Shown piece by piece: positions 39,697-51,574 of a DNA stretch of 64,000 nt. The notes below the pieces were generated by a model. The model was not told the origin of the DNA. It ran no database searches and saw only the letters and a program-made list of their open reading frames with translations. The DNA comes from Felis catus (lineage: Eukaryota). How positions within the stretch are numbered: position 1 is the stretch's first letter; each line of letters begins with the position of its first letter. A program made the translations under genes and the position numbers. The stretch is from NCBI RefSeq assembly GCF_018350175.1, contig NC_058383.1, positions 3,224,001 through 3,288,000 of the forward strand, written 5' to 3'.

Positions 39697-40489
39697 GCTA
39701 ATTCTGTTTTGTTTCTCAACCCCAGGCATATGTTTATATGGGTTAGTGACAGGCTTAGAATCAAGTTCACTGGTGATTCTCAACCAGACTTAGTTTAAAA
39801 CAAAACCAAACAAACAAACAACAACAACAACAAAAAGACCAATGAGGCCTGGCGGACGAGACAAAACTGGGTTATTTCTGTTACCTACCTGCTCTCGTCC
39901 GTCTTCTCTTCCCATGCTGCCTTTCTTTCCCCTTTATGGCTGATTGCAGCCTAATCTCACCATTGGCAAGTCTGAGAGAGTCAGTTTAAACCATAAATTG
40001 TAACTTGCCCTCAACTTTTCAATGTATTCAGGGTAACCAAGTATCCTTAGTCTTCCAAAGCGCCTATGCGGACCTCTCAGGGCACACACACACATTTCCA
40101 AGGGGGTAAGCAGGCACGCATAATCTTTGTGGAATCTATTTCCGGGTGCTTTCATATACTCTTCCTAAAGCCAGATCTGCCTGAGCATGCCTGAGTTTCG
40201 GGGAGCTCTCTTCCTTCCGCGGTTGCCTCCCTTACTGGGCACAAATCACACTCATCCTGATTCTTTAACACAGGCATTAAGTGAGGGTGTGAGTGTCCAG
40301 GTGCCAAACAAAGGGGTAATCCTAAATGTCAGTATCGGGATTGAGAAAGTGAAGGACTCCAATAAATCATTGTATAAATTAGGTGCTTCGGTGTCTTGCT
40401 GTCTGCAAAATGAGGCAGGACCAAAACGCAGTGTCGGTTGACTTTTTATTACAAATAATTTTTGAAGATTGCTGATATCAGTGCAGCCT

Positions 40490-40830
40490 CTGCTTGTAGG
40501 ACAGGAAGACATTTCTGGCCTCTTTGTGGTTTGGGGGCGATTCGCCTAACACTAGTCAATGAAATGTGAGTGGAATGAAGCACATCGCTTCCAGGCCAGG
40601 GATTTAAGAGGCAGCAAGTGACCTTCACGCTCTCCCTTCCCTGTGGCCAGGCCACTTTTGGAGATGGTGGAGCCCAGGCTGGAAGCTGTCCAGATACTGG
40701 AAGAACAGCCCGAGAGAGCCCCCAGTGGAATGACGCCTTAGGGAGCGGGGAACGCACCTCTGTGCGCCAAGCACTGTGATTCCACGCTTTATTTGCTACT
40801 GGAACAAAAAACGATCTATCCTAACTAATA
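40490..40830 (+). mobile_element. Old MaLR LTR (MLT1H/I-like)
   Basis: gtcaatgaaatgtgagtggaa...cgcttccaggccagggatttaagaggcag...tttgctactggaaca...tatcctaactaata. Confidence 0.75.
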
Positions 40831-40977
40831 AATGACCATGTGGAGTTCAGAAGGGGCTAAAAGAACTGAGAGAAACCCAGGTAACAAAACTCCTTCCACC
40901 GTCATCTGCTTTTCTACGAACATAGTTTCACAGGAGTTATATATACGGAAAAGAAGTAGGATTAGAATCAGGGTACA

Positions 40978-41193
40978 GGGGCACCTGGGTGGCACAGTCG
41001 GTTAAGCGTCTGACTTCAGCCAGGTCACGATCTCGCGGTCCGGGAGTTCGAGCCCCCCATCGGGCTCTGGGCTGATGGCTCAGAGCCTGGAGCCTGTTTC
41101 CGATTCTGTGTCTCCCTCTCTCTCTGCCCCTCCCCCGTTCATGCTCTGTCTCTCTCTGTCCCAAAAATAAATAAACGTTGAAAAAAAAAAAAA
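40978..41193 (+). mobile_element. Young felid SINEC_Fc
   Basis: Diagnostic cagccaggtcacgatctcgcggtcc...ctctgggctgatggctcagagcctggagcctgtttccgattc...tcccaaaaataaataaacgttg followed by a pure A tail. TSD agaatcagg(g/a)taca. Confidence 0.97.
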
Positions 41194-41239
41194 AGAATCA
41201 GGATACACGGCTATCCATTTCTGGGAGAGAGGCATTTTC

Positions 41240-41790
41240 AGTGATTTTTTTATGTATAATATTCATCAAAATCGGTTATACTTTTGATTAATTGAGTACA
41301 AATAACAATTGTAACAGTAACTCAATCCAAGAGAACTTTTTTTTTTTTTTAACCCCAGAGCCATATGGTTGCTGGGAAATTTTAATTTATATGCATATTT
41401 TGTCAGAGGCTATGATAGGGTGATCAATAAAATACTTGGAATCATTAAATGTAATAAATTAGGATAAAATTCTGTGGGAGGTATAGAATGAAAGTACAGG
41501 TTCAAGATGAAAAAGGAATGAGGTCAGATTTCTGGCTACTAAAAATTAAAGCTTGTTGATGTCTTTTTTTCAAATGGGTGACAACGTGCATCAAATCCTT
41601 AGACCTGCTCTATCAAATGCCTAGATTCCTTCAGATACATATAAAAGAGGCCGCAGACTTCTACTTTATTAAAATACACTAACATATCCAAAATTAAAAT
41701 ACATGTGAAATTCCCTTCTCTGTAGTCCTTCAAATGTGTGTTAAAAAGCGTTAGATGTTAACGTTAGCTGTGGAACAACCCAGTTTGGCA
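41240..41790 (+). mobile_element. hAT-Charlie (Charlie2-like) 3' fragment
   Basis: aattgtaacagtaactcaatccaagagaac...agagccatatggttgctgggaaatttt...tatgatagggtgatcaataaaa...ggataaaattctgtggg; similar to the segment at about 51980-52260. Confidence 0.7.
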
Positions 41791-41924
41791 AAATTCTTCT
41801 AGGTGATGTAGGAGCAGAAACTGTTCCGAGCTATATGCAGCTCTGATGCTAATTTATAAATAAGTGTGCTGTTAAGTGATTCCCCAAGGGAGAGGCAGAA
41901 GCAGGGCCCTGATGAGCCTTGAGC

Positions 41925-42107
41925 TGCAGGTAGGTGTTTCACGGACATTTTCCCTGTTGAATCCCACAACAGCCTGTGAGTCCGTAATCAACACCATTAC
42001 CGAGCTGAGGGCTCCAAGGCCCCAAAAAGGTTGGGGTCATCGACCAAAATCACAAGAATTGCGACTAGGGGATTAGGGACTCAATACAAAGTTTCTCTGA
42101 GCCCCCA
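41925..42107 (-). mobile_element. MIR SINE
   Basis: ttgaatcccacaacagcctgtgag...ccaaaatcacaag...gattagggactcaatacaaagtttctctgagcccc. Confidence 0.65.
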
Positions 42108-43864
42108 ACACCCTAGATTTTCCTTTTAAAAAGGGACAGCATGTATTTTGCACACTGGGTGTGCTTTGGTGGCCAACCCGTGTCCAGGCCAGAGGAGAAG
42201 GCATAGAGAGCTCAGGAAGCAGCCTTTCCGTTGAACTGGACATTCTGTTAAGAGCTTCTCCACACTCAAACCTCAGAGGAGCTTGGTTTTGTTTTCAAAA
42301 GGAAGCTCTGTTTTGAGCTCAGAACCACTCCCCATAAACATTCAGTCTCCGTGTACTGTTCACGCCCATGCAGCTCGGAGGCTGGCACCCTTTTGCAGCT
42401 GCCAGGGGTACACTTGGGTGGCCGTGAGTGAGAGTGTGAGCACAGGTTTGCCGAAGTGTGTGGTGGGAGAGGAGATAGTCAGCACTCAGTGACGGAGCAT
42501 TCGTAACAGCAGGGTGTGTTGTCACTTGTCACCCAGGATGCAGTAGACACTATGTGGGCGTGGAACAGGACGTGGTCTGCTCTGGTGACGCGCACGGCCA
42601 TCCTCGTCTTCCCAGCCATTGCTGGTGACCGGCCTTGGCGGACTCTGCCCCCAGAGCAAGCCACAGCCGGCAGGGTGGAGCACAGCTGCTCCAGCTGGTG
42701 CATTCAGTAGACAGAGTGTCGACATTCACTTGCTTCTTCTAGGATAGGATGATTATCCAAGGGCACAGACTGTCACCTAGTAGCGACTTCGTAATCAGAC
42801 CTTAAATCTCCCCCAAAGCCCACCTTTAATGTTTTTCACAACTACCCCCCCCCTCCTGTCCCCTTGTGAGATACATCAATTTAAATTCTTTTGTCCAGAC
42901 ATCTCGACCCAGGAGTCTTCTAACTGGCGCTTCTAAGGCTGCAGCTGGATGTAACCCTAATAATTTTACCCTTGACCCTGGGATCTAATTTCTTAACCTT
43001 AGCCAACAAGCAGCTGCATGCTTGCTTTCAGGTGACTGAGAATTTGACATCCTTTCATTGCAAGTTCTTAATAATTAAACAGAACATTTCAAAACTTGTC
43101 ATGTATTGAGAGGGACTCAACATTGTGACTTACTCATGCAGTAAGTACCTTCCCAGCCTGGATCACTTCGGATGTCACATTCATTGAAGTACTTCATCTG
43201 CTTTCCCTGTCGCTATAATTGATATGAAAAGATAAGCAATTTTTAGAGGGCACAAGCAAGGGGGATGGAAAATTGAATTTTCCTCGCAATCATTTTTATA
43301 AAATCTAACATACATCCATTACCCATCTCGTCTGGGGAAATCCTAAACAAAGTAATGGTTATCAGCCAAGATGAGGCCACAGAACCAGTTGTTAGTTGTA
43401 AATAGAGTTTTCTGTGAAAAACTGTGTTTACTCAGTAGTTGGATACAGATGGTGACCGTGGTTAGTTCCCTAGTGTCGGAGCTTTTACTCTTTCCTGGAC
43501 TAAATAATCCCACTCTTACTTTCATGTTGTCCCCTGGCCTTTTATGAAGGGGCTCAGTGTTCTGAAGTCACTGATTAAGAAACACATGTTTAGTTTGTCT
43601 TTCTTCAGAGTTTCCAAAGTTTGCAAACTCATATTGTCCTACTTGCTGGGCTAAAATGTCTTTGTAGATCGTGCTTCAGAAAAATGAGATATGTGGTTTT
43701 CTGATTTGGAGGGAACGTGGAGAGAGGAAGCAGCCTCAGTGACTGCAGGGTGTCGTGGAGGGCAGGCCCGATTCCCTCCTGTGCTAACATCCATTTCGGG
43801 CTTTCCCCGAAGGATAGGAAGACAGGATGTTGCTTAATATGTGATGAAAGCCTGTGATACTCGT

Positions 43865-44200
43865 TGTCTTAGCTTGGGTGCTGTAGCAAAACACCACAGA
43901 CTGGTTGGCTTGTGGACAACAGACATTTACTCTTCTCGACTCCGGAGGCTGGGGACTGCCAGCCTGGTCAGGTTCTGGGAAGAACCTTCTTCTGGGATGC
44001 CGAGTTCCTACTATATACTCACATGGTGGAAAGGGTCCCTTTAGGAGGGCACGAATCTCCCTCATGAGGGCTCCATTCTCATGACCTAATTACCCCCCAA
44101 AGGCCCCACATCCTGATGTCATCACCTCCTGCCTCCACACTGGGGGGTTAGGATGTCAGCATAAGATCTTGGAGGGGACCCCAAAATGCAGTCCATTGCA
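43865..44200 (-). mobile_element. MaLR solo LTR (MLT1A0-like)
   Basis: tgtcttagcttgggtgctgtagcaaaacaccacagactgg...catgagggctccattctcatgacctaattacc...cagtccattgca with TG..CA ends. Confidence 0.9.
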
Positions 44201-44209
44201 ACAGTAGGA

Positions 44210-44413
44210 ACAGCAGTCATTTACCGAAGTCTGCTCTGGGTCCAGTATGCAGATACTCTACATGATTTCATCCCCCATTTTTAAAAAAGCCCTAGGAGGT
44301 CACTGTCATCCCCATTTAACACACAAGGAAACAAAGGGAAGGAATAATACGTGCAAGGCCGCACAGTTAATTACGTGGCTTACTTTCCACCCAAGTCTGT
44401 CTTCTCCCAAAGA
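44210..44413 (-). mobile_element. MIR SINE
   Basis: gccctaggaggtcactgtcatccccatttaacacacaaggaaac...caaggccgcacagttaat...acccaagtctgtct. Confidence 0.75.
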
Positions 44414-46052
44414 GACGGTCTCTGTTTTCTTTATTGACATTATTTATATTGCAGATCATTTTCGATTTTTAAAATCACGTTGAAAGTTCTTAATCTGGTT
44501 GCTGCTTTTCTGTTTGCAGCCTGACAACCAGCCACCTTCTGATAACAGTTCAGTTCTGCCTTTACAACTAAGTCATAATGTTTTATGGCTGATCACTGTA
44601 AATGATGTTCTTTCAGCTCTCATAGAAGGCAATTACAGCGGGTGATTAAAGCTGGAGATCTTTACAGGATGCATGTGAATATTAAATTAAGCTTTAAGAA
44701 AATCAGGTAAAGTGTCTGTTAAAGTAAAAGGTCACTCAGCTGCTCTAAAGACCATTACTGAATCCAGAGAGCTGGACTCCCCACTTTGCCGAGAACATGT
44801 GCGTCTGAGATGTGAAAACCCATGGAATTTGTATCAGAAATAAGAGGAACCAGAAATAGATACTAAGATGTAGACACTGTATGTTCTAATTAGCCAGTTC
44901 TTAGCAACAGTCTCCACCTGTGAGTTTTTATTCTTCCGGGTAATTACTCCGCCTATACCCTCTCCCCTTTTATGATCTCCAGCCATATCCTCCTTGGCAC
45001 AAAGTCAGTTCCTACCATCAGAGCCTGGTATGGCTCTGTATTTGGTAGAGATGTCACAGAGCCTGTGAGACATATAACTGCTAATTCTCAGTGTGACCTG
45101 CTATTTGCCCAGGGGTATTGGGGGGGGGGCGGGGCTTTTTCAGGTCACGGCCCAAAGACTGTTATTTTAAGTGGCTGCATAGATGAGGAAACCGTGAGCT
45201 GAGAATTCCCTGCTTCACCCTAGCTCCACACCTGAATGACCACCTGCAAAGTCTGTGGGCCGTCATGGTTTTGTGATATTCCTAGGGAGCAGCATTGAGA
45301 CACAAGCCCACAGGTGCCAAAGCACTGATGGAACTCCTGAAAGTACGGCTGTTCTTCCACGTGGGTCCCCAGCATGGACTTGACAGTCGGCGTCAGAGCT
45401 GGAAAAGCAGCCGTGTTGGCGACCCACTCGGCTGGCTCTGCACGGTTAGCTGTGTGTTTGCTCATCTTACTGGGAATGGACTTGGGGGCTGTATCCCACC
45501 TGCATGGTAGGCCCCACGCTGTGCACTCCCTTCATTTTCCTGGAAAGACCACAGCACACTCCAGTATACTCCCCCATCAGGATGTCACTCTGTGGCTATA
45601 TTAATGCAGACAGGCTGGAATTACACAAATGTTTGCCCCCAGGTGGGAAGGTTTCCAGCACAAACGTGCTTCCAATTTCAGACTTCTCCCTTTCTATTCT
45701 TTGAGACTTTGGGAAGCACCCTTGTCAAAATGACCTCGGTATAAGACCATATACAGGACTCGACCTTGGGTTGTTAGTTGATTTCAGAAAGTTGAGGTGG
45801 TTTCACACTTTTTTAGCCTATGGAGGAAAGCTTCTCCTGAAATGAGAAAATAGTCTTGGGGAAAAAAAATATGCAAAAAATGTTACTGTTATAAAGAAGT
45901 ATAAAATGAGTAGGCAGTGTTCTGAGCCTTTTATTTCTTTGTTCATTTTAGTTATAGTGTTTAAAAAATCATGGCAGTAAGCATGTACTGGATAGAAATC
46001 CAGGAGGCTCTAGTTCCTTGGACACTGTTCCCATTAAGATGGGCAGGATCGT

Positions 46053-46268
46053 GGGGCGCCTGGGTGGCGCAGTCGGTTAAGCGTCCGACTTCAGCCAGGT
46101 CACGATCTCGCGGTCCGTGAGTTCAAGCCCCGCATCGGGCTCTGTGCTGACAACTTGGAGCCTGGAGCCTGCTTCAGATGCTGTGTCTCCCTCTCTCTCT
46201 GCCCCTCCCCCTCTCATGCTCTGTCTCTCTGTCAAAAATAAATAAACATTAACAAATTAAAAAAAAAA
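46053..46268 (+). mobile_element. Felid SINEC (Fc-type 5' half, Fc2-type 3' half)
   Basis: Full element. TSD aagatgggc(a/t)ggatc(g/a)t at 46036-46052 and 46269-46285. Confidence 0.96.
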
Positions 46269-46652
46269 AAGATGGGCTGGATCATACCCATCACTCAAGT
46301 TTTACCTGCTGGACTGAAGGTGAGCCCTTGTGCCCCTGCCAGCTTCTGTTCTGACTGGCCGGTGCCCCTACCATCACGTTGGCATGTCCATCAGTATATA
46401 TTCTGAATATCACTCCAGCCTGGAAGAATCCTCAAGGACGAATAAGAAAGTAAACCTCTCATCATTGTGGAAGGACTTCGTGTACTTTGCTGTTCTGGAG
46501 TTCCCCCAGGCCATCGCTCCACACACGTCTGAATGGAAGGGGCAGTGGGCAGGGCTGCCCTGTGATTTCTCTGGGCCTTTACAGTCTGTGTGCCTCCTTT
46601 TTGTCCCAGCGTATATGACCCCTCCTTTTAAAAATTGAGATTTCGTGTCTGC

Positions 46653-46760
46653 TATTTCACTCAGAAAACACTGAGCATCTAATATGTGCCGGCATGATGC
46701 TTGATGCTGAGGAAGCGACATGAATAAGGCACACACCTTCTTGCCTTTCATGAGCTCGAG
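46653..46760 (-). mobile_element. L2 3' end
   Basis: cactgagcatctaatatgtgccggcatgatgcttgatgctgagga...atgaataaggcacac...tgcctttcatgagctc. Confidence 0.75.
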
Positions 46761-47213
46761 CTTTGCTGAGCAGAGAGGCAGACCCCGAGCAGATGGCAGG
46801 GTCGTGATGTGGGGGATGCCCTGTGGAGTGGATGTAGGGGCCGGTGAGTTCTGCTGCCAGCTTGGGAAAACATCATCAGACAAGCTCTTTGGTCCTTGCC
46901 TCCATTTACAGAGACACGCACTCCCAGCGAGATGGTGAAGACCAGGAGGTTTGGGGCGGAACAACGTTCCATTCCACTCAGGACGGTTACAAGTGCTGCC
47001 CTCTTGTCTGTTCCGTTTTCCATACCAGTGTCCCCAGGACGCGCGTTCCAGTTACGTGTAGCATCCTGATCTCTTACCAGAATGCGTGTTCCCCCAGGGC
47101 AGGCTGCCCCTCATTCCACCAGCAGCGCGTGAGAATCCATAGGGCCTGCCAGTGCTAGTTCTGTGAAGGAGCGAGTGCTAGACACCCCAGCGCGTTATTC
47201 CCCATCTTCATCC

Positions 47214-47234
47214 TTCAGCACCAGGGACAGGGAC
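47214..47234 (+). promoter_or_regulatory. RE1/NRSE (REST binding site) candidate
   Basis: TTCAGCACCAGGGACAGGGAC versus canonical TTCAGCACCACGGACAGCGCC. Both half-sites (TTCAGCACC, GGACAG) are exact with the canonical 2-nt spacer. Confidence 0.75.
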
Positions 47235-48020
47235 GGGCGCCTCCTCCTGTTCGCCCAGCCTCCGCATCCCCCGCTTCCACTTCCGCAGGAGCCTTCCCTC
47301 CAGCCCTGTCCTGGCCCTTCCTCTGGCCCTGCCCCTTCTGTTTCGCTCTTCATAGCTCCTTCTGGTTCTCATTGCCCCCAGATGAGAGGAGCTGCATTGT
47401 GTAGGCCTTTGGTACGATACTTCTTTTTGTTTCTCTGCAGTTTTCATTCTCCTTGGAGAACCCCTTCATTCTTGTGACTTTATGTATCACTTTGATCACA
47501 CGTTATCTCCAGACCCGAATGCCAGTCTGAGCATGTGGTCTTCAAGCGAAACTCTGGATGAAATGACTTAAGTCCTCTATGGCTGTGACATTCTGATTAT
47601 CTTCTAATTGTTTAATTTCTTTGTCTGATTCGGTTAAGGTGCCTGAAGTGGCAGGCACGCCCCCAGGCATCTCCTCAGTTATTGACTGACTTCTTTCCTG
47701 TTTTATGATTTCCCTTGACCTCCTGGGGTCTGGCTTCCCTCTGTGGGTCAGTCTCTCTACCAGTTCTGCCGCTGCGTGCAGTGCAGTGGGCAAAGCTTGC
47801 CCAGTTTAACGTGGTTTGTGGGAGGTGGTGCCTGAGAGTGAGATCCATGCTGTTGCTGCACAGTTGCACTTGGAAGTTAGATGAGCCTGTCTCCTTAGAC
47901 TTCCTGTCCACAGCAGCCTCTTCTCCTAAACTCCCTGGAGAGTCACCTCACTGCCTTTCTGCGTTTCCACCTCTTTGCTGCCCCTGAACGTTTCACCTAA
48001 ACCCCTGCTTCTTTCAGAAC

Positions 48021-48200
48021 ATTTATCCATCCATCTGTCCATCTATTCATCTGTTAATATGTTCACTCAGCCTATATTTATTGAGTACTTAGTAAGTGCC
48101 AGCACTATGTTGGGCATTGGGAATATAACCGTGATTGAGCTAGACTGGTTTCTGCCATCACAGCTTGCATTAGTGGGACAGAAAAGCAAGCAAGCATGTT
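48021..48200 (-). mobile_element. L2 3' end
   Basis: ttcactcagcctatatttattgagtacttagtaagtgccagcactatgttgggcattgggaatata. Confidence 0.8.
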
Positions 48201-48771
48201 TGATGTGGTAGGGGATGCCCTAAGTGAGGGAATAGTAATTTTCCCACTCGTCCTGGGCTTCTGTCTCCTCCATGTCTAATCTTTTGCCTGTTGGAAAAGG
48301 TCTAATTGGCAAATATAAAGATACACAAGATTGCATGTTGAAGAAACACTTCTGGGGGGGAAGAGTTATAATAGTTCTTATTTGTATGACTATTGGCATA
48401 GGCATATATAAAGAAAATATGGAAAATTTTCAAAAGATGGATTGTGTGAGAAATAGGGCAAGCCAGTAGAATTACAGCCATCACGCTGTGGGCCTCATTA
48501 TCCTCAGGAGCAGGTCCCTTCTGTGGGCAAAAGTAACTGAGCCACGTGAAAGAGTGCCAGCTCACGCCTGTGCTCTGCAAGCCCAGGGTGTCAGACTGTA
48601 ATTTAAAAGATGAGTTGCTTTACAAATGGACTATTAATATAGGTTCTTCATCTCTTAAGCCATTCAATATGTGATTTGTAAAAATTGATCTCCTTATAAC
48701 TTATATATAAGTTACATATGGAACTTCTATACATTTACATAAAATAACCTAGATGTGTAAGTTACAGCTAC

Positions 48772-49157
48772 AACATGAGTCAGCTAGAACTGCCCTAGCA
48801 AGATACCGCCAACTGGGGTTTAAAAAACTGACATTTATTTTCTCACAATTCCTGAGGCTAGAAGTCCAAGAACAAGGTGCCAGCAGAGTTGACCTCTTTT
48901 CCTGGCTCGCTGATGGCTGCTTTCTCCCTGTGTCCTCACGTGGCTTTTCCTCTGTGCACATGGAGAGAGGGAGAGAAAGATCTGGTGCCTTTGTCTCTTC
49001 TTATATGGACACCGGTCCCATCGAATTAGGGCCCAGTCCTTTCGAGCCCATTTTTCCTTAATTACCTCATTAATTAGAGGCCCTTTCTCCAAATACATAT
49101 TAGGGATTAGGACACCCATACATGAATTTTAGGAGGACACAATTTAGTGTATAATAA
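48772..49157 (-). mobile_element. MaLR solo LTR (MLT1A/B-like)
   Basis: acatttattttctcacaattcctgaggctagaagtccaagaacaaggtgccagcag...tctcttcttatatggacacc...catgaattttaggaggacacaatttag. Confidence 0.9.
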
Positions 49158-49347
49158 CTGCCCTATCCCTGTTGTGGTTTCTTTGCTAAGGCACAGCACT
49201 GCTGTAGATCAGATGTCTACTTTGGCCATCTGTGGGCTCTGTTTGCTCGTTACTGTGTTTTGCATAGCCCACACAATACCGTAAAAAGACACAAGTCAGT
49301 ATTTACACATCAAGAGAAACTCTTCCAGTTTTAAAAAATGCCTGACA

Positions 49348-49548
49348 GGGGGCACCTGGGTGGCTCAGTCAATTAAGTGTCCGACTCTTGGTTTCAGCTC
49401 AGGTCATGATCTCAGGGTCATTAGGTTGATCCCTGTGTCAGGCTCTGTGCTGGCCGTGGAGCCTAACTTAAGTTTCTCTCTCTCTCCCTGTACCACTCAT
49501 ACTCTCTTAATTAATTAATTAATTAATTAATTAATTAATTAATTAAAA
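49348..49548 (+). mobile_element. Can-SINE (older subfamily) whose tail has become (TTAA)n
   Basis: ggggcacctgggtggctcagtc...gatctcagggtc...ggagcctaacttaag(CT)n. Confidence 0.93.
49507..49546. repeat. (TTAA)10 self-complementary microsatellite
   Basis: Ten perfect TTAA units counted directly. Confidence 0.97.
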
Positions 49549-49885
49549 GAAGGGAGGGAGAACTAATAGCTGACAAACAGGTCGCCCCAGCCCCACCTTC
49601 CCAGGTCCAGCAGGCTGTGTGGTTGGGTGCATTCTCCCAGGGCTGAGGCTTCCGTTTGCCTGTGGAGTGCAATACTGGGGGAAAATATTCATTGTGGGTT
49701 TTAAATTACTGCAGACTTAAAGCAACGTAAGGGGCAGGTGTTTTAGAGTGAGGGATTAAGTCTCTTTGTTCTTGAGGTGAATTGGGTATTTGTGTTAACA
49801 GGCCTCATCGTCGGAGAGAAGTGTTTCTGAATCTTAGCCTTATTCTTTCACATTAGCTATCTGCTCTCGAAGCATTTCACTTGTG

Positions 49886-50095
49886 ACCTGTGATCCAGTA
49901 GAAGTGTCTGTGATGAAGGAAATGTTCTCTGTTTGTACTGCACAGTATGGGAGCCATTAGCCTCATGGGGCTACTGAGCACTTGAAATGTGGCTAGTGAA
50001 ATTGCGGAAGTGAACTGTAAATGCCATTTAATTTAAATTAATTTTAATTTTAGTAGCTTCATGTGGCTAGAGGCTACCATGTTGGATGAGACAGT
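49886..50095. mobile_element. MER3 (hAT-Charlie MITE)
   Basis: tccagtagaagtgtctgtgatgaaggaaatgttct...gctactgagcacttgaaatgtggctagtg...atgtggctagaggctaccatgttggat. Confidence 0.9.
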
Positions 50096-50429
50096 TCTAT
50101 AAGAACGTATAGCACTTCATATACAAAATGCCCATCACTGATGGTATGTGCTCCTAGAATTTTCTAGAAGCATTAAGAGCTTGTCATGACCAGCAATATT
50201 TTGACTCCCAGGACTCCTGGAGAGCAGTTGCACATACAAGCAGGAGAGATGACAAAGGCTTATTTACCGAAGGTCTGTGGCCGCAGAGCACTTTGTGCAG
50301 GGAGCAAATGTGATTGGTTAGTCACTTGCTCTGCACCTTCAGGGTCTCTAGGAGTCTGTATTAATGGCACCCCCTAAAAGTGGGTGGTCACTGCCTAGCC
50401 TGCCTGGGTAGACATGGCAATCTTGATCT

Positions 50430-50740
50430 CTGTGTTCCACAGTTATCTATAGGATATCTCTGGTGCACCAAGCCTTGAGCAAGGCCTTGGCCAGTTAGGG
50501 GAGCCAAGGGTGAGATGGTCATGTCAAGAGATAATTGAAACAAAGGCATGTGAGCCACGATGGAGAGGAGCACAGGTCACTATGAAAACCCCAGTGTGGG
50601 GCACCCACCAGGTCAGAGGGACTGGGGAGGTTTTCCGTAGGGAACTGATATTTAACCGTGACCTCAAGATCGAGTAAGAGCAGTCAGATGAACTGCTGGG
50701 GAGGAAGATGACCCCAATGAAGGGAAAACAGCATTGCTTG
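50430..50740 (-). mobile_element. Degenerate L2 fragment
   Basis: ggggaggttttccgtagggaactgatatttaaccgtgacctcaagatcgagtaagag...gggaaaacagcat resembles L2 antisense. Confidence 0.55.
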
Positions 50741-51574
50741 GGGTCAATAGAAGCTTCTCTATTCTGTGGGTTCTAGAAGCTTCACAGACTTTTGACATAC
50801 CAACTTCTGAGATAAGAGCTTGCCGAAACATAACTGGAAATATGAACAATGCTTTAAAAACCAGGAGATTCCACATAAGCATTGAAGATCTGTTGACCTG
50901 GACCCACATGCCCCCTCAAGACATCAGTCAGCCCCAGCTGAGAAGGAGTGGTTCACTTTCCGTGGCACGTCTGCTCCTCTGGCCATCGCCCCAACTCTCC
51001 CCGGCTGTGTCCCTAATAAGCAGACCAGCCAGGTGTGATTTGTCATCATGTTCGCCCGACGGTGTTTCTTACTGTAAAGAAATCTTCTGTACCCAGTCTC
51101 TATCAAAAATAGGGACACAGAAGTTAGACGAGGAACGTGGACAGTATCGCACGCCGCACGATGGCAGCTTGGTACCTGCGGGCAGGCGTGTGGGCGAAAG
51201 CATGTCAGCGCTGCTCACCACTAATGGAAGGGGAATCCAGATCAGGGACCTCCATTCAGGGCTCATCACTGCAAGGATCTTCCATGATGGATGGCCCACG
51301 GGACTCGGCCTCCACGACAGACACACGTCCCGTCTCCCAGACAGCTGCATCCAAGGGAGCGCCCCTCACCTCCCTCACAGCTCTCTTTCTGGCCCCTCAC
51401 CCCAGAGGGGCATTCCTTCCAGGATCTCCTGATTTTCCCCGCCACGTTATTCTAGAAGGCCAAGCCCTCTGCTTGCCAGACAAAGGACACCTCCATAGAC
51501 AGGCCAGTGCTGAGAAAGTGGGTGACTGTAACAACTGGATAAGAAATCCTGTTTAAAGTCAGGTGGCCTAGAGT

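Noticed and set aside
50734..51432. Longest ORF in the track (232 aa)
   Set aside because: TTG start, no recognisable domain and no convincing exon boundaries; consistent with chance in GC-rich intron.
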